Source: Burkholderiales bacterium (GTDB lineage Bacteria; Pseudomonadota; Gammaproteobacteria; Burkholderiales; SG8-39). Taken from it: a stretch of DNA of 64,000 nucleotides. Below the pieces are notes generated by a model that was given only the letters and a program-made list of their open reading frames with translations, had not been told where the DNA came from and made no database searches. The stretch covers positions 4,300 through 68,299 of the forward strand of contig DASRKB010000102.1 of the NCBI GenBank assembly GCA_035649175.1, read 5' to 3'. Position 1 is the first letter of the stretch, and every line of letters starts with the position of its first letter. A program made the translations under genes and the position numbers. Positions 53,267 to 63,260 of this stretch are shown here, piece after piece.

Positions 53267-54388
53267 CTATTTCTTCTTGGCGGCGGACTTTGCCGCCGGC
53301 TTGCCTTCCGGCCAATAGTAGTTCGCCGCGAACGAGTACGGCGGGAACATGAAGCGCTTCGCCGGCACCACGTAGGACGCATAGCTGCGCTGCGACTCGA
53401 GCGTCTTCTTGAAGAAGGGGCTCTTCGCCGCCTCCTCGGCCGCGACCTTGTCCCAGGTCTTCAGGAACTCGATCAGGATGTCGGGCGGGGTGCGCAGGAT
53501 GCGCACGCCGTGCTTCTCCTGCAGCTCCTTCAGGGCGTCGGCGTTCTGGCGCTGCCACTTGGCCCACCACACGACGAAGGTTTCCGAGGCCACCGACTTC
53601 ATCAGTTCCTGGTGCTCGGGCTTCATCGCCTTCCACACGTCCATGTTCATCAGCACTTCGCCGATGGTCACGTTCTCGTGCATTCCCGGGGTGTAGTGGT
53701 ACTTCCAGACGTTGGCGAAGCCCAGGCGCAGGTCTTCGACGCCGCCGACCCACTCGGCGCAGTCGATCACGCCGCGCTGCGCGGCGGGGATGATCTCGCC
53801 GCCGGGCATGTTGACCGTCGTCATGCCCATCCGCTGCCAGATCTCCGCGGCCATTCCCGTCTGGCGGCACTTCATGCCCTTGAAGTCCGCGAGGTTCTTC
53901 ACCGGCCGCTTGAACCAGCCAAACGCCTGCGGGCCCGAGGGCAGGATCGGGATCCATTGCACGTTCAGCTTGAGCTCTTTCTGGAAGAACTCGTTGCACA
54001 GCTCGATGCCGCCGCCGTGGTGCATCCAGCCCAGCGCATCGATCATGTCCATGCCGAAGGTGCCGCCGGGGCCGCCGGTGCACAGGATGGCGGCCTTGTT
54101 CTTGCCGACCCAGTAGCCCGACCAGGCGTGCGCGCCATCGAGCACCTTCTTGTGCGTGGCGTCGAGCACCTCGAACGCCGGCACGACCTGGCCGGCCGGC
54201 ATCGCGTCGATCTTCAGCTGACCGCCGGAAACCTTGTGGACGCGATCGACGAAATAGGTAAAGTTCTCGTAGAGCGTCAGGCTCGCAGGCCAGGTGGCCT
54301 GCATCTTCAGGCTCGTCTGTGCCTGCGCGCCTGCGGACAATGCCGCGATGGCCGCAGCAGCGACGGCCGAACGAACGAAATGCCTCAT
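53267..54388 (-). CDS. TRAP transporter substrate-binding protein (DctP-type, mannitol/chloroaromatic COG4663-like), copy 1
   Basis: 373 aa. Signal peptide. LKMQATWPASLTLYENF...NMPGGEIIPAAQRGVIDCAEWVGG. Confidence 0.9.
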   Translation of the reverse strand: MRHFVRSAVAAAAIAALSAGAQAQTSLKMQATWPASLTLYENFTYFVDRVHKVSGGQLKIDAMPAGQVVPAFEVLDATHKKVLDGAHAWSGYWVGKNKAAILCTGGPGGTFGMDMIDALGWMHHGGGIELCNEFFQKELKLNVQWIPILPSGPQAFGWFKRPVKNLADFKGMKCRQTGMAAEIWQRMGMTTVNMPGGEIIPAAQRGVIDCAEWVGGVEDLRLGFANVWKYHYTPGMHENVTIGEVLMNMDVWKAMKPEHQELMKSVASETFVVWWAKWQRQNADALKELQEKHGVRILRTPPDILIEFLKTWDKVAAEEAAKSPFFKKTLESQRSYASYVVPAKRFMFPPYSFAANYYWPEGKPAAKSAAKKK

Positions 54389-54459
54389 TGACCCTCCTCC
54401 TCAAAAGTGGTTTTGCAAGGCGAAGGCCAGCCTACACGCTGCCCCCAACCCGGTCAACT

Positions 54460-54490
54460 TAACGAAAGAGGGCGGCCGCGGCCGCCCTCT
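54460..54490 (-). terminator. Hairpin after the second binding-protein gene
   Basis: agagggcggc(54467..54476)-cgcg-gccgccctct(54481..54490), followed by TTCGTT on the minus strand. Confidence 0.5.
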
Positions 54491-54509
54491 TCCCGATGCT
54501 TGCTCCCGG

Positions 54510-55628
54510 CTACTTTGCCTTCTTCCCCGCCGGCTTCGACGGCTGCTCCGGGAAGTAGTAGTTCGCGGCGAACGAGTACGGCGGGAACATGAAGCGCTTC
54601 GCCGGCACGACCTTTGCCGCGTACGCGCGCTGCGAGTCGAGCACCTTCTTGAAGAACGCGCTCTTTGCCGACTCCTCCGCCGCGATCTTGTCCCAGGTCT
54701 TGAGGAACTCGATCAGGACCGCCGGCGGTGTGCGCAGCATCTGCACGCCGTGTTTCGTGCGCATCTCGTCGATCGCGTCGGCGTTCTGCTTCTGCCAGCG
54801 GATACCCCAGCGCACGAAGGTGTCGAAGGTCGCCACGCGCACCGATTCCTGCTGCTGCGGCGTGAAGCCGGCCCAGACGTCCGTGTTGATGATCAGCTCG
54901 AGCATGGAGTTCGACTCGTGCATGCCGGGGGTGTAGTGGTATTTCCAAACCCCGGGAAGGCCCAGCCGGAGGTCCTCGATCCCGCCTACCCACTCGGCGC
55001 AGTCGATCACGCCGCGCTGGGCGGAAGGGATGATCTCGCCGCCCGGCATGTTGACGGTCTGCATGCCCATGCGCTGGTAGATCTCGGCGACGATGCCGGT
55101 CTGGCGGCACTTCATGCCTTTGAAATCGGCGAGGTTCTTGATCGGGCGCTTGAACCAGCCCATGGCCTGCGGGCTCGAGCCGCCGATGGGGAAGCCGATG
55201 ATGTTGAGCTTGAGCTGGTCGCGGTAGAACTCCTGATAGAGCTCGTTGCCGCCGCCTTCATGCAGCCATCCCAGGAAGTCGAAGTGGTCCATGCCGAAGG
55301 GACCGGCGGGCGTCGCCGAGAAGAGCGTCGCCGTCTTGCTCTTTCCGACCCAGTAGTAAGCGACGCCGTGGCCGCCGTCGAGCACTTTCTTGTGCGTGGC
55401 ATCGAGGATCTCGAAGGCCGGAACGACCTGCCCGGCGGCCATCGCCTCGATCTTGACCTGACCGCTCGTCAGCTTGTCGACGCGCTCGGCGAACATGCGG
55501 AAGTTATCCTGCAGCGTGAGGCTCGCCGGCCAGGTCGATTGCATCTTGAGGTTCTTGGTCTGCGCAGCCGCGGGAAACGCGACGAGCGCGGCAGCCGCGA
55601 ACGCAGTAAGCGACAATGCTCGTTTCAT
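54510..55628 (-). CDS. TRAP transporter substrate-binding protein, copy 2 (tandem paralogue)
   Basis: 372 aa. Collinear with copy 1 (LKMQSTWPASLTLQDNF...NMPGGEIIPSAQRGVIDCAEWVGG). Shares near-identical DNA stretches, e.g. gaacgagtacggcgggaacatgaagcgcttcgccggcac. Confidence 0.9.
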   Translation of the reverse strand: MKRALSLTAFAAAALVAFPAAAQTKNLKMQSTWPASLTLQDNFRMFAERVDKLTSGQVKIEAMAAGQVVPAFEILDATHKKVLDGGHGVAYYWVGKSKTATLFSATPAGPFGMDHFDFLGWLHEGGGNELYQEFYRDQLKLNIIGFPIGGSSPQAMGWFKRPIKNLADFKGMKCRQTGIVAEIYQRMGMQTVNMPGGEIIPSAQRGVIDCAEWVGGIEDLRLGLPGVWKYHYTPGMHESNSMLELIINTDVWAGFTPQQQESVRVATFDTFVRWGIRWQKQNADAIDEMRTKHGVQMLRTPPAVLIEFLKTWDKIAAEESAKSAFFKKVLDSQRAYAAKVVPAKRFMFPPYSFAANYYFPEQPSKPAGKKAK

Positions 55629-55681
55629 GGCTCCTCCTCCTGAGGGATGAGGATGTTAGGAGCCCATACGGGGGAGTGTCA

Positions 55682-56878
55682 ATGAAGATCACCAGCCTCG
55701 AGACCCTGCGGCTCGGCGAGTTCCCCAACCTCGTATGGGTGCGAGTGCACACCGATGGTGCCCTGGCGGGGGTGGGGGAGACCTGCTTCGCCGCCGCGAG
55801 CGTCGAGAGCTACCTCCACGAGTTCGTCGCGCCGCGCGTCCTCGGCCGCGATCCGCTCGAGATCGAGCGCCTCAGCCGTGGCCTGACCGGGTATCTCGGC
55901 TGGCGGGGATCCGGCGTGGAGACGCGCGCCGTCTCGGCTTTCGACATCGCCCTCTGGGACCTCTTCGGGAAGGTATGCGGGCAGCCCCTCTACCAGGTGC
56001 TGGGCGGGGCGAGCCGCGAAGCGATTCGCACTTACAACACCTGCGCCGGGTACCGCTATATCCGGGATGCCCGGCAGCAGACGAGCGCGAACTGGGGCCT
56101 CGAGGGCAAGGGCGGGCCCTACGAGGACCTCGAGGCCTTCCTGCACCGGGCCGACGAGCTCGCGCACTCGCTACTCGAGCAGGGCATCGACGCGATGAAG
56201 ATCTGGCCGTTCGACACCTGCGCGGAAGGCAGCGAAGGGCTGCACATTTCCGGTGCGGACCTCGACCGCGCCCTCGAGCCGTTCCGGCGCATCCGCCGGG
56301 CGGTCGGCAACCGGATGGACATCATGGTGGAGTTCCATTCGCTCTGGCGCCTGCCGGCGGCGCAGCGCATCGCGCGCGCGCTCGCCGAGTTCGATACCTA
56401 CTGGCATGAAGACCCGATCCGCATGGACAGCCTCGCGCTGCTCAGGCAGTACGCCGAGGCCTCGCGCGCCCCGGTGTGCGCCTCGGAGATCCTCGCCGGC
56501 CGCTGGAGCTTCAAAGACCTGCTGGAAACCGGGGCGGTCGGGTTCGTGATGTTCGATCTCGCCTGGTGCGGCGGCATCAGCGAGGCAAGGCGCATCGCCG
56601 CGCTCGCCGATGCCTGGCAGCTTCCGGTCGCGCCGCACGACTGCACGGGACCGCTGGTCTTCCTCGCCTCGCTGCACTTCGCGATCCACGCGCCGAACGC
56701 GCTGGTGCAGGAATCGGTGCGCGCGTTCTACACGGGCTGGTACCGTGAGCTCGTGACGCACGTTCCCCAGCCGCAGAAGGGATCGTTCGCAAAACCGCCA
56801 GGCCCGGGTCTGGGTGCGGAGCTGTTGCCGGAACTCTGGGAACGCAAGGACGCGCTCGTGCGCGTCAGTCCAGCCTGA
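55682..56878 (+). CDS. Enolase-superfamily enzyme (mandelate racemase/muconate lactonizing, sugar-acid dehydratase-like)
   Basis: Trimmed to ATG 55682 (GGGGGAG upstream). MKITSLETLRLGEFPNLVWVRVHTDGALAGVGET, DIALWDL, metal ligands in MVEFHS / WHEDP. Confidence 0.88.
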   Translation: MKITSLETLRLGEFPNLVWVRVHTDGALAGVGETCFAAASVESYLHEFVAPRVLGRDPLEIERLSRGLTGYLGWRGSGVETRAVSAFDIALWDLFGKVCGQPLYQVLGGASREAIRTYNTCAGYRYIRDARQQTSANWGLEGKGGPYEDLEAFLHRADELAHSLLEQGIDAMKIWPFDTCAEGSEGLHISGADLDRALEPFRRIRRAVGNRMDIMVEFHSLWRLPAAQRIARALAEFDTYWHEDPIRMDSLALLRQYAEASRAPVCASEILAGRWSFKDLLETGAVGFVMFDLAWCGGISEARRIAALADAWQLPVAPHDCTGPLVFLASLHFAIHAPNALVQESVRAFYTGWYRELVTHVPQPQKGSFAKPPGPGLGAELLPELWERKDALVRVSPA

Positions 56879-57647
56879 CTACGATTCCCTGCAGGTCCCT
56901 CGCCGGAGCCTCATAGCGCTCGAGCACGAGCGGATCATGACCCGGAATGACGTGGCCGGGAGACTCGGCCAGCGCGCGCAGCTTCCGGTAGCCCTCCACC
57001 ATGTCGGCCACCGACCACACGATCGGGAATGGCCGCACTTCTTCCATGTTGGCGTAGAAGTGGCTCGCATCGGAAGCGAGCACCAGCCAGCCGCGGCGCG
57101 TCGCGACGCGCACCGCCTGCAGCCCCATCGTATGCCCGCCGATCAGGTGCAGCGAGACCCCGGGAAAGATCTCCGCGTCGCCCGCATGGAAGCGCACGCG
57201 GTTCTCGTACACCCTGCGCACCATGCCGACCACGTCTTCTACCTCGAAAGCGCCGCGGAAGCACGCGTGACACATGTACGGCCCCGTCGCGTAGCGCATC
57301 TCGAGCTCCTGCAGGTGAAGCGTCGCCGTCGGGAAGAGATCGAAGTTGCCGACGTGGTCGTAGTGCAGGTGCGTGATCACCACATCCTTCACGGTGGAGG
57401 CGTCGCACCCGAGCAGGCGCAGCCCTGCCGTAGGGCACCGGATGTGCTCGCGCGCGCGCTTCGCCGCCATCGCGGCCGAGAAACCCGTGTCCACCACGAT
57501 CTCGCGGCCTTCGCCGCGGATCAGCCAGACGAAGTAGTCGAGCGGCATCGGCCCGTCGTGAGGATCGCCGCCGATGAAATTCTCGGCGGCGCGCCGCGCG
57601 TGGTGCGCATACTTGATCGCGTACACCTCGTACCGGGGCTCGCTCAT
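56865..57647 (-). CDS. MBL-fold metallo-hydrolase (N-acyl homoserine lactonase-like family)
   Basis: ORF 56865..58214 trimmed to ATG 57647 (ATGA overlap with the tyrS stop). [10 protein letters not shown] zinc motif. 260 aa. Confidence 0.85.
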   Translation of the reverse strand: MSEPRYEVYAIKYAHHARRAAENFIGGDPHDGPMPLDYFVWLIRGEGREIVVDTGFSAAMAAKRAREHIRCPTAGLRLLGCDASTVKDVVITHLHYDHVGNFDLFPTATLHLQELEMRYATGPYMCHACFRGAFEVEDVVGMVRRVYENRVRFHAGDAEIFPGVSLHLIGGHTMGLQAVRVATRRGWLVLASDASHFYANMEEVRPFPIVWSVADMVEGYRKLRALAESPGHVIPGHDPLVLERYEAPARDLQGIVVRLD

Positions 57648-58843
57648 GAGATCCGTATCCTCGCGGCCTTGCGCTTGCCGACCTGCAGGACGAACGATTG
57701 GCCCGCCTTGAAGCGCACCGACTTGTCCAACACCCGCGCGCCGTCGATCTTCACCCCGCCCTGATCGATCAAGCGCTGCGCTTCCGAGACGCTCGGAGCA
57801 AGCCCGGCCTGCTTGATGACCTGGGTGACGCTTGCCCCGCCATCCCCGCCCGCCACGGTGAGCTCGGCCAGGTCTTCGGGGAGCTGGCCGTGCCGGTGAC
57901 GCGCCTCGAAGGCTTCTTCGGCGCGCGCGGCTGCGTCCAGGGTATGGAAGCGAGCGACGATCTCCTTCGCAAACCTCGCCTTGATGTCGCGAGGATTGCG
58001 CCCGGACGACACCTCCTCCCTCCATTTGCCGATCGACGCGGCAGATTCGAAGGACAGTAGCTCGATGTAACGCCACATCAGCGGATCGGAGATCGACATG
58101 AGCTTGCCGAACATCTCGCCCGGCGGCTCGCTGATGCCGACGTAGTTGCCGAGCGACTTGGACATCTTTTCTCGCCCGTCGAGTCCCTCCAGAAGCGGCA
58201 TGGTCAGAATGCACTGCGGCTCCTGTCCGTATTGCTTCTGCAGCTCGCGGCCGACCAGCAGGTTGAACTTCTGATCGGTGCCACCAAGCTCGACGTCCGC
58301 CTTCATCGCGACCGAGTCGTAGCCCTGCATCAGAGGATAGAGCAGCTCATGAACTGAAATGGGCTCACCATTCTTGTATCTCTTGTTGAAGTCGTCGCGC
58401 TCGAGCAGCCTGGCAACCGTGTAGCGAGACGCGAGGCGGATCATGCCCTCGGCGCCGAGCTTGTCGGACCATTCCGAGTTGAACAGGATCTGCGTGCGCT
58501 CGGGGTCGAGGATCCTGAACACCTGATCCTGGTAGGTCTTCGCGTTGCGCAGGATTTCCTCGCGGGTCAGGGGCGGCCGGGTCTGGTTGCGCCCGGTCGG
58601 GTCGCCGATCATTCCGGTGAAGTCCCCGATCAGGAACTGCACCTGATGGCCGAGCTCCTGGAAGTGGCGCAGCTTGTTGATGACCACCGTATGCCCGAGA
58701 TGCAGGTCCGGCGCGGTCGGATCCAGACCGAGCTTCACGCGCAGCTTGCGGCCGCTCGCGAGCTTCTTCGCGAGCTCCTCCTCGACGATCAGCTCGTGCG
58801 CGCCCCGACGGATGGTCTGAATGGCCTGCTCGATGGACGACAT
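57644..58843 (-). CDS. tyrS: Tyrosine--tRNA ligase (type 2)
   Basis: 399 aa. HLGH (HIGH) motif, KMSKS, C-terminal S4-like domain. Confidence 0.96.
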   Translation of the reverse strand: MSSIEQAIQTIRRGAHELIVEEELAKKLASGRKLRVKLGLDPTAPDLHLGHTVVINKLRHFQELGHQVQFLIGDFTGMIGDPTGRNQTRPPLTREEILRNAKTYQDQVFRILDPERTQILFNSEWSDKLGAEGMIRLASRYTVARLLERDDFNKRYKNGEPISVHELLYPLMQGYDSVAMKADVELGGTDQKFNLLVGRELQKQYGQEPQCILTMPLLEGLDGREKMSKSLGNYVGISEPPGEMFGKLMSISDPLMWRYIELLSFESAASIGKWREEVSSGRNPRDIKARFAKEIVARFHTLDAAARAEEAFEARHRHGQLPEDLAELTVAGGDGGASVTQVIKQAGLAPSVSEAQRLIDQGGVKIDGARVLDKSVRFKAGQSFVLQVGKRKAARIRIS

Positions 58844-58917
58844 GTGCGATTTGCGCCGCGCGTCTTCTTTGCTAGACTGCGCAGGCTTCTGAATAACAAA
58901 GGGATTCTAGCCGATCC

Positions 58918-60165
58918 ATGGGAGTCGCTGGTTCACTCGGACGCATCGGCGTGGTCATCGCCGTCCTGGGCGTCTCTGGCGCGGTCGCGGCGTTCGCCAC
59001 GATGGCGCCCGCACCCGGCGCGGACCCGCGGCTGTCGCAGAGCGCCTTCGTGGAGGCGCTGCCCATCGACACGGAAGATGCGCTGCTCCCGGCGCCGGCC
59101 TCCTACATCCGTGAAGAGCAGCTTCAGCGCGGCGACACCATCCCGGTCTTCCTGAGCCGGCTGGGCATCGCCGACGAGCACCTAGGTCGCCTCGCGCGGC
59201 TACCCGTCCTGAAGGGCCTGCGGCCCGGCACTCACGTAAGCGCGGTCGTGAGCGCCGAGGGCATGCCGCTTTCCGTCAGCTTCCTCAACGGCCGCGACGC
59301 CCTGGTGGAGATCACCCCCGACGGGCGCGCCGCCGAGCGGCGCGCGGACTTCGAGACGCGCGCGGTCATGAGATCGAGCGTGATCCGCTCGTCGCTTTTC
59401 GCCGCCGCCGACGACGCGGGAATCCCCGACAACGTGGCCATGCAGCTCGCGGATGTCTTCAGCGGCGATGTCGACTTCCACCGCGACCTGCGCAAGGATG
59501 ACCGCTTCACTGTGGTGTACGAGATGCACACGCTCCTCGGCCGGCCGGTGCGCGCGGGCCGCGTCCTGGCCGCCGAGTTCGTCAACCAGGGCAAGACCTA
59601 CCGCGCGGTGCACTATGGCTCGAGCTATTACGCGCCCGACGGCAAGAACATGCGCAAGGCATTCTTGCGGGCGCCGCTGGAGTTCTCCCGCGTGAGTTCA
59701 GGCTTCGGCATGCGCCGGCATCCGATCGCCCGCAAATGGCGCCGGCACGAGGGCATCGACTACGCCGCCCCCACGGGCACGCGCGTGCGCGCCGTCGGCA
59801 ACGGGGTCGTGGAGTTCGCCGGCATCAAGGGCGGATATGGCAAGGTGGTGATCCTGCGTCACCAGGGACAGTATTCGACCCTCTATGCGCACCTCAGCCG
59901 CTTCGCGAGCGGATTGCGGCGCGGCGAGCGGGTAGAGCAGAACGACACCATCGGCTTCGTCGGCCAGACCGGCTGGGCGACCGGTCCGCACCTGCATTAC
60001 GAGTTTCACGTCGCCGGCAAGGCGCGCAATCCCTTCAGCATCGCCATGCCGGCCGCCAATCCCGTACCGACGCGCGAGCTGCCGGCGTTCCTGGCGCATG
60101 CCGAGCCGCTCGTCGCCCAGCTCGACCTGCTCTCCAACCGCACGACCCTCGCGCGGGCCGAGTAG
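58918..60165 (+). CDS. M23-family peptidoglycan DD-metalloendopeptidase
   Basis: 415 aa. N-terminal TM. HEGIDYAAPTGTRVRA...YAHLS...GWATGPHLHYE motifs. Confidence 0.9.
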   Translation: MGVAGSLGRIGVVIAVLGVSGAVAAFATMAPAPGADPRLSQSAFVEALPIDTEDALLPAPASYIREEQLQRGDTIPVFLSRLGIADEHLGRLARLPVLKGLRPGTHVSAVVSAEGMPLSVSFLNGRDALVEITPDGRAAERRADFETRAVMRSSVIRSSLFAAADDAGIPDNVAMQLADVFSGDVDFHRDLRKDDRFTVVYEMHTLLGRPVRAGRVLAAEFVNQGKTYRAVHYGSSYYAPDGKNMRKAFLRAPLEFSRVSSGFGMRRHPIARKWRRHEGIDYAAPTGTRVRAVGNGVVEFAGIKGGYGKVVILRHQGQYSTLYAHLSRFASGLRRGERVEQNDTIGFVGQTGWATGPHLHYEFHVAGKARNPFSIAMPAANPVPTRELPAFLAHAEPLVAQLDLLSNRTTLARAE

Positions 60166-60170
60166 AAAGC

Positions 60171-60195
60171 AAAACGCCCGGGCTTGCCCCGGGCG
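60171..60195 (-). terminator. Rho-independent terminator after erpA
   Basis: cgcccggg(60175..60182)-cttgc-cccgggcg(60188..60195). Minus strand continues TTTTGCTTTCTA. Lies between convergent genes. Confidence 0.65.
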
Positions 60196-60216
60196 TCGCA
60201 TGCGGCGGCGTGGCTT

Positions 60217-60567
60217 CTAGACGGAGAACGACGACCCGCAGCCGCAGGTGCTCTGGGCGTTCGGGTTCTTGATGACGAACTGGGCGCCTTCCAGTCCTTC
60301 CTGGTAGTCGATCTCGGCCCCAGTCAGGTATTGGTAGCTCATCGGGTCGATGAGCAGCGTCACGCCGTTCTTCTGCAACACCGCGTCGTCATCGTTCTGC
60401 ACCTCGTCGAAGGTGAAGCCGTACTGGAATCCGGAGCAACCGCCGCCCGTGACGAATACGCGCAGCTTCAGCTCAGAATTGCCCTCCTCGTCGATCAGCT
60501 GCTTGACCTTGTCTGCGGCGCTGTCGCTGAAGACCAGCGGCGAGGGCATTTCGGTGACGGCGTTCAT
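60217..60567 (-). CDS. erpA: Iron-sulfur cluster insertion protein ErpA
   Basis: 116 aa. [17 protein letters not shown]...C-terminal CGCGSSFSV. Confidence 0.93.
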   Translation of the reverse strand: MNAVTEMPSPLVFSDSAADKVKQLIDEEGNSELKLRVFVTGGGCSGFQYGFTFDEVQNDDDAVLQKNGVTLLIDPMSYQYLTGAEIDYQEGLEGAQFVIKNPNAQSTCGCGSSFSV

Positions 60568-60591
60568 ATATCCCTGGCTCCTGTGCGTGAA

Positions 60592-60987
60592 TTATGAGGC
60601 GAGCTTAAGCTCGACCCCCTTGACCTCTGCTGCACCATGATGCACCAACCGCCCTTCGACGACCGCGCCCTGATGCATCTCGATGCTCTTGTAGTACACG
60701 TCTCCTTTGACCCGCGATCCCGCCTGTAGTTCGAGGCTCTCGGTCGCGTGCACCGGCCCGTGGATCGTGCCGTTGACGACGATGTGGGCGGCTTGCACTT
60801 CGCCGTCGATGCGGGCATCGGAGGAGACGACCAGCGTTCCAGGCTGGTCCGGGAGAGCGGCGATATTGCCGCGCACCATGCCCTCCACGCGCAGTCCGCC
60901 GCTGAAGATCACGTTGCCTTCGATGCGCGTCGTCGCTCCGATCAGGCTGTCGATCCGGTTCTGGGGCTTGCTCATCTTGTTGAACAT
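60592..60987 (-). CDS. Bactofilin (polymer-forming cytoskeletal protein, DUF583)
   Basis: 131 aa. Repetitive beta-helix pattern IEGNVIFSGGLRVEGMVRGNI...IDGEVQAAHIVVNGTIHG...VKGDVYYKSIEMHQGAVVEG. Confidence 0.88.
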   Translation of the reverse strand: MFNKMSKPQNRIDSLIGATTRIEGNVIFSGGLRVEGMVRGNIAALPDQPGTLVVSSDARIDGEVQAAHIVVNGTIHGPVHATESLELQAGSRVKGDVYYKSIEMHQGAVVEGRLVHHGAAEVKGVELKLAS

Positions 60988-61014
60988 CGCGTCTTCTCCC
61001 TTGCGCTTGTGCCC

Positions 61015-61779
61015 TCAAAGGCTCACGCTGTGCGTGGCGCGCGGCTGGGTGGACCCAGTCTCGTAAATCCGCACCTGCACGCTCTCGACCTTTGCCTTCG
61101 GGTTGACCCGGAAGGTGCCTTCCACCCGCCGGAAGTACTTGAATGCCAACCGGAAAGCCCCCGCGTCGGCGTCCGCCGGCTCGGGGAAGCTCATCATAGC
61201 ACTCCGGTCGCCCTCCGTCAGATTGACCACGAGCTCCAGCCTGCCGTTGAAATCGCGCTGTCGCCGCGCGCTGGGCGTCACCAGGAGCAGCCGGTAGCGG
61301 TACTCCCCGGGAAGAAGTTCGGGTTCGACCTCGAAGCGATAGATGGACAGCGTGCTCGCTTGGCGTGTGTCCGACGAAACCATGCTCTCGAAGGTGGCCA
61401 GCTCCTCACGCACGCGGGCGTTCTCCTGCTCGAGCGAGCGGATCTGCTGGGCGAGCTTCTGCTGCGCAGCGCGCTCGATGGCGACGCGGCTGTCCACGGC
61501 GCCCGCCACCGCGCGCAGGCTCTCGAGCTCCGCGCGCGCGCTCTGCAGCTCGCTCTGCAGAGCGGTCAGCTCCTGCGCGAGTTCGCTGCGGTCGAAGCCG
61601 GCGTAGCGGCGGCCGGCGTCGTAGAACCATGCGGCGGACACCGCGGCGACGCCAAGAACGACCGCGACGCCGGTCCAGCGCCAATACCACGGCACGTGCG
61701 AATGCACTTTGACGCGCGGGGCCGCGATGCCGAAGCGCCTGCGGAGGTTCCAGAAACTCCCGCTCAGATCGCGCTTCAA
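61015..61779 (-). CDS. Membrane-anchored coiled-coil protein (hypothetical; I recall this position being annotated DUF6776, unverified)
   Basis: 254 aa. One TM ([18 protein letters not shown]), coiled coil ([19 protein letters not shown]...), beta-rich C-terminus. Overlaps the argC stop (4 nt). Confidence 0.6.
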   Translation of the reverse strand: MKRDLSGSFWNLRRRFGIAAPRVKVHSHVPWYWRWTGVAVVLGVAAVSAAWFYDAGRRYAGFDRSELAQELTALQSELQSARAELESLRAVAGAVDSRVAIERAAQQKLAQQIRSLEQENARVREELATFESMVSSDTRQASTLSIYRFEVEPELLPGEYRYRLLLVTPSARRQRDFNGRLELVVNLTEGDRSAMMSFPEPADADAGAFRLAFKYFRRVEGTFRVNPKAKVESVQVRIYETGSTQPRATHSVSL

Positions 61780-62816
61780 GGCACCACCGGCACGTGCTCA
61801 AGACCCGTGGTCTCGGGCAGGCCGAACATGAGGTTCATGTTCTGCACCGCCTGTCCCGCCGCGCCCTTCACCAGGTTGTCGATGACGGAGAGCACCACCA
61901 GCGTGTCGCCTCGGCCGGCGCTTTCCGGCGGCCGGTGGATGGCGATGCGGCAGATGTTGGCTGCGCGCACCGAGCGCGTGTCCGGCAGGCTGCCCGCCGG
62001 CATCACGTCGACGAACGGCTCGTGCGCATAGCGCTTCTCGAAAAGGCCTTGAAAATCGATTTCGCGCGTCACCCTGGCGTACAAGGTTGCATGAATTCCG
62101 CGGATGAGCGGTGTTAAATGCGGCACGAACACCAGTCCGACCTCGCGCTTTGCGACTTGCGCCAGGCCCTGGCGGATCTCGGGCCAGTGCCGATGGCCGG
62201 CCACGTTGTATGCCGCAAAGTTGTCGGAGGCCTCGGAGAACGTCAGGTGCAGCTCGGCCTTGCGGCCCGCGCCGCTCACCCCAGACTTTGCGTCGGCGAC
62301 GAGGTGCTCCACATCCACAACGCCCGCCTCGACGAGCGGCAGGAAGCCGAGCTGCGTTGCGGTCGGGTAGCAGCCGGGGTTCGCCACCAGGCGCGCGCCG
62401 CGGATCTGCGCGCGATTGACCTCGGGGAGCCCGTAGACCGCTTCGGCGACGAGCTCAGGCGCCGCATGCTTCGCCTTGTACCAGCGCTCCCACTCGGCGA
62501 TGTTCTTCAGCCGGAAATCCGCGGAAAGGTCGATGACCCGCGCCCCCGCGTCGAGCAGCGCGCGTGCCTCCCCCATCGCCACCCCGTTCGGGGTGGCAAA
62601 GAAGACCATGTCGCAACCGCGCATCGAAGGTACGCCAGGCTGCGTGAACGGGAGGTCGACCCGGCCGCGCAGGCTCGGGAACATGGCGGCGACGGGGCTG
62701 CCCGCCTCCTTGCGCGAGGTGATTGCCTTCAGCTCCACGTCGCGATGCTGTACGAGCAGACGAAGGAGCTCTACGCCCGTGTACCCCGTGCCTCCGACGA
62801 TGCCGACTCTGATCAT
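61776..62816 (-). CDS. argC: N-acetyl-gamma-glutamyl-phosphate reductase
   Basis: 346 aa. [21 protein letters not shown], active site NPGCYPT. Confidence 0.95.
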   Translation of the reverse strand: MIRVGIVGGTGYTGVELLRLLVQHRDVELKAITSRKEAGSPVAAMFPSLRGRVDLPFTQPGVPSMRGCDMVFFATPNGVAMGEARALLDAGARVIDLSADFRLKNIAEWERWYKAKHAAPELVAEAVYGLPEVNRAQIRGARLVANPGCYPTATQLGFLPLVEAGVVDVEHLVADAKSGVSGAGRKAELHLTFSEASDNFAAYNVAGHRHWPEIRQGLAQVAKREVGLVFVPHLTPLIRGIHATLYARVTREIDFQGLFEKRYAHEPFVDVMPAGSLPDTRSVRAANICRIAIHRPPESAGRGDTLVVLSVIDNLVKGAAGQAVQNMNLMFGLPETTGLEHVPVVP

Positions 62817-62823
62817 GGAAATG

Positions 62824-62847
62824 AAAAAGCCGCCCGGAGGCGGCTTT
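62824..62847 (-). terminator. Hairpin plus T-run after rpsI
   Basis: gccgcc-cgga-ggcggc core (62829..62844). Minus strand continues TTTTTCAT. Confidence 0.55.
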
Positions 62848-62867
62848 CGGTTCGCGGAATCATGCGT

Positions 62868-63260
62868 TCAGCGTTTCGAATACTGCTTGCGCCGCCTCGC
62901 CTTGTGCAGGCCAACCTTCTTTCGCTCCACTTCTCGCGCGTCGCGCGTCACCAGGCCGGCGGCGCTGAGCGCGCCCTTCAGGCCTGCATCATACTCGATC
63001 AGCGCACGCGCGATGCCGTGGCGCACCGCCCCCGCCTGGCCGCTCTCGCCGCCGCCGTAGACGTTCACCATGATGTCGAAGCTCGAGGTGCCTTTGACGA
63101 GCTCGAGGGGCTGGCGCACCACCATGCGGCCGGTCTCCCGGCCGAAGAAATCATCCACCGGCTTGCCGTTCACGCTGATCGCGCCCTTACCGGGCTTGAG
63201 GAACACGCGCGCCACCGCGCTCTTGCGCCTTCCGGTTCCGTAGTAATAGTCACCGACCAT
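62868..63260 (-). CDS. rpsI: 30S ribosomal protein S9
   Basis: Trimmed to ATG 63260. [16 protein letters not shown]...[19 protein letters not shown]...[17 protein letters not shown]. Confidence 0.97.
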   Translation of the reverse strand: MVGDYYYGTGRRKSAVARVFLKPGKGAISVNGKPVDDFFGRETGRMVVRQPLELVKGTSSFDIMVNVYGGGESGQAGAVRHGIARALIEYDAGLKGALSAAGLVTRDAREVERKKVGLHKARRRKQYSKR

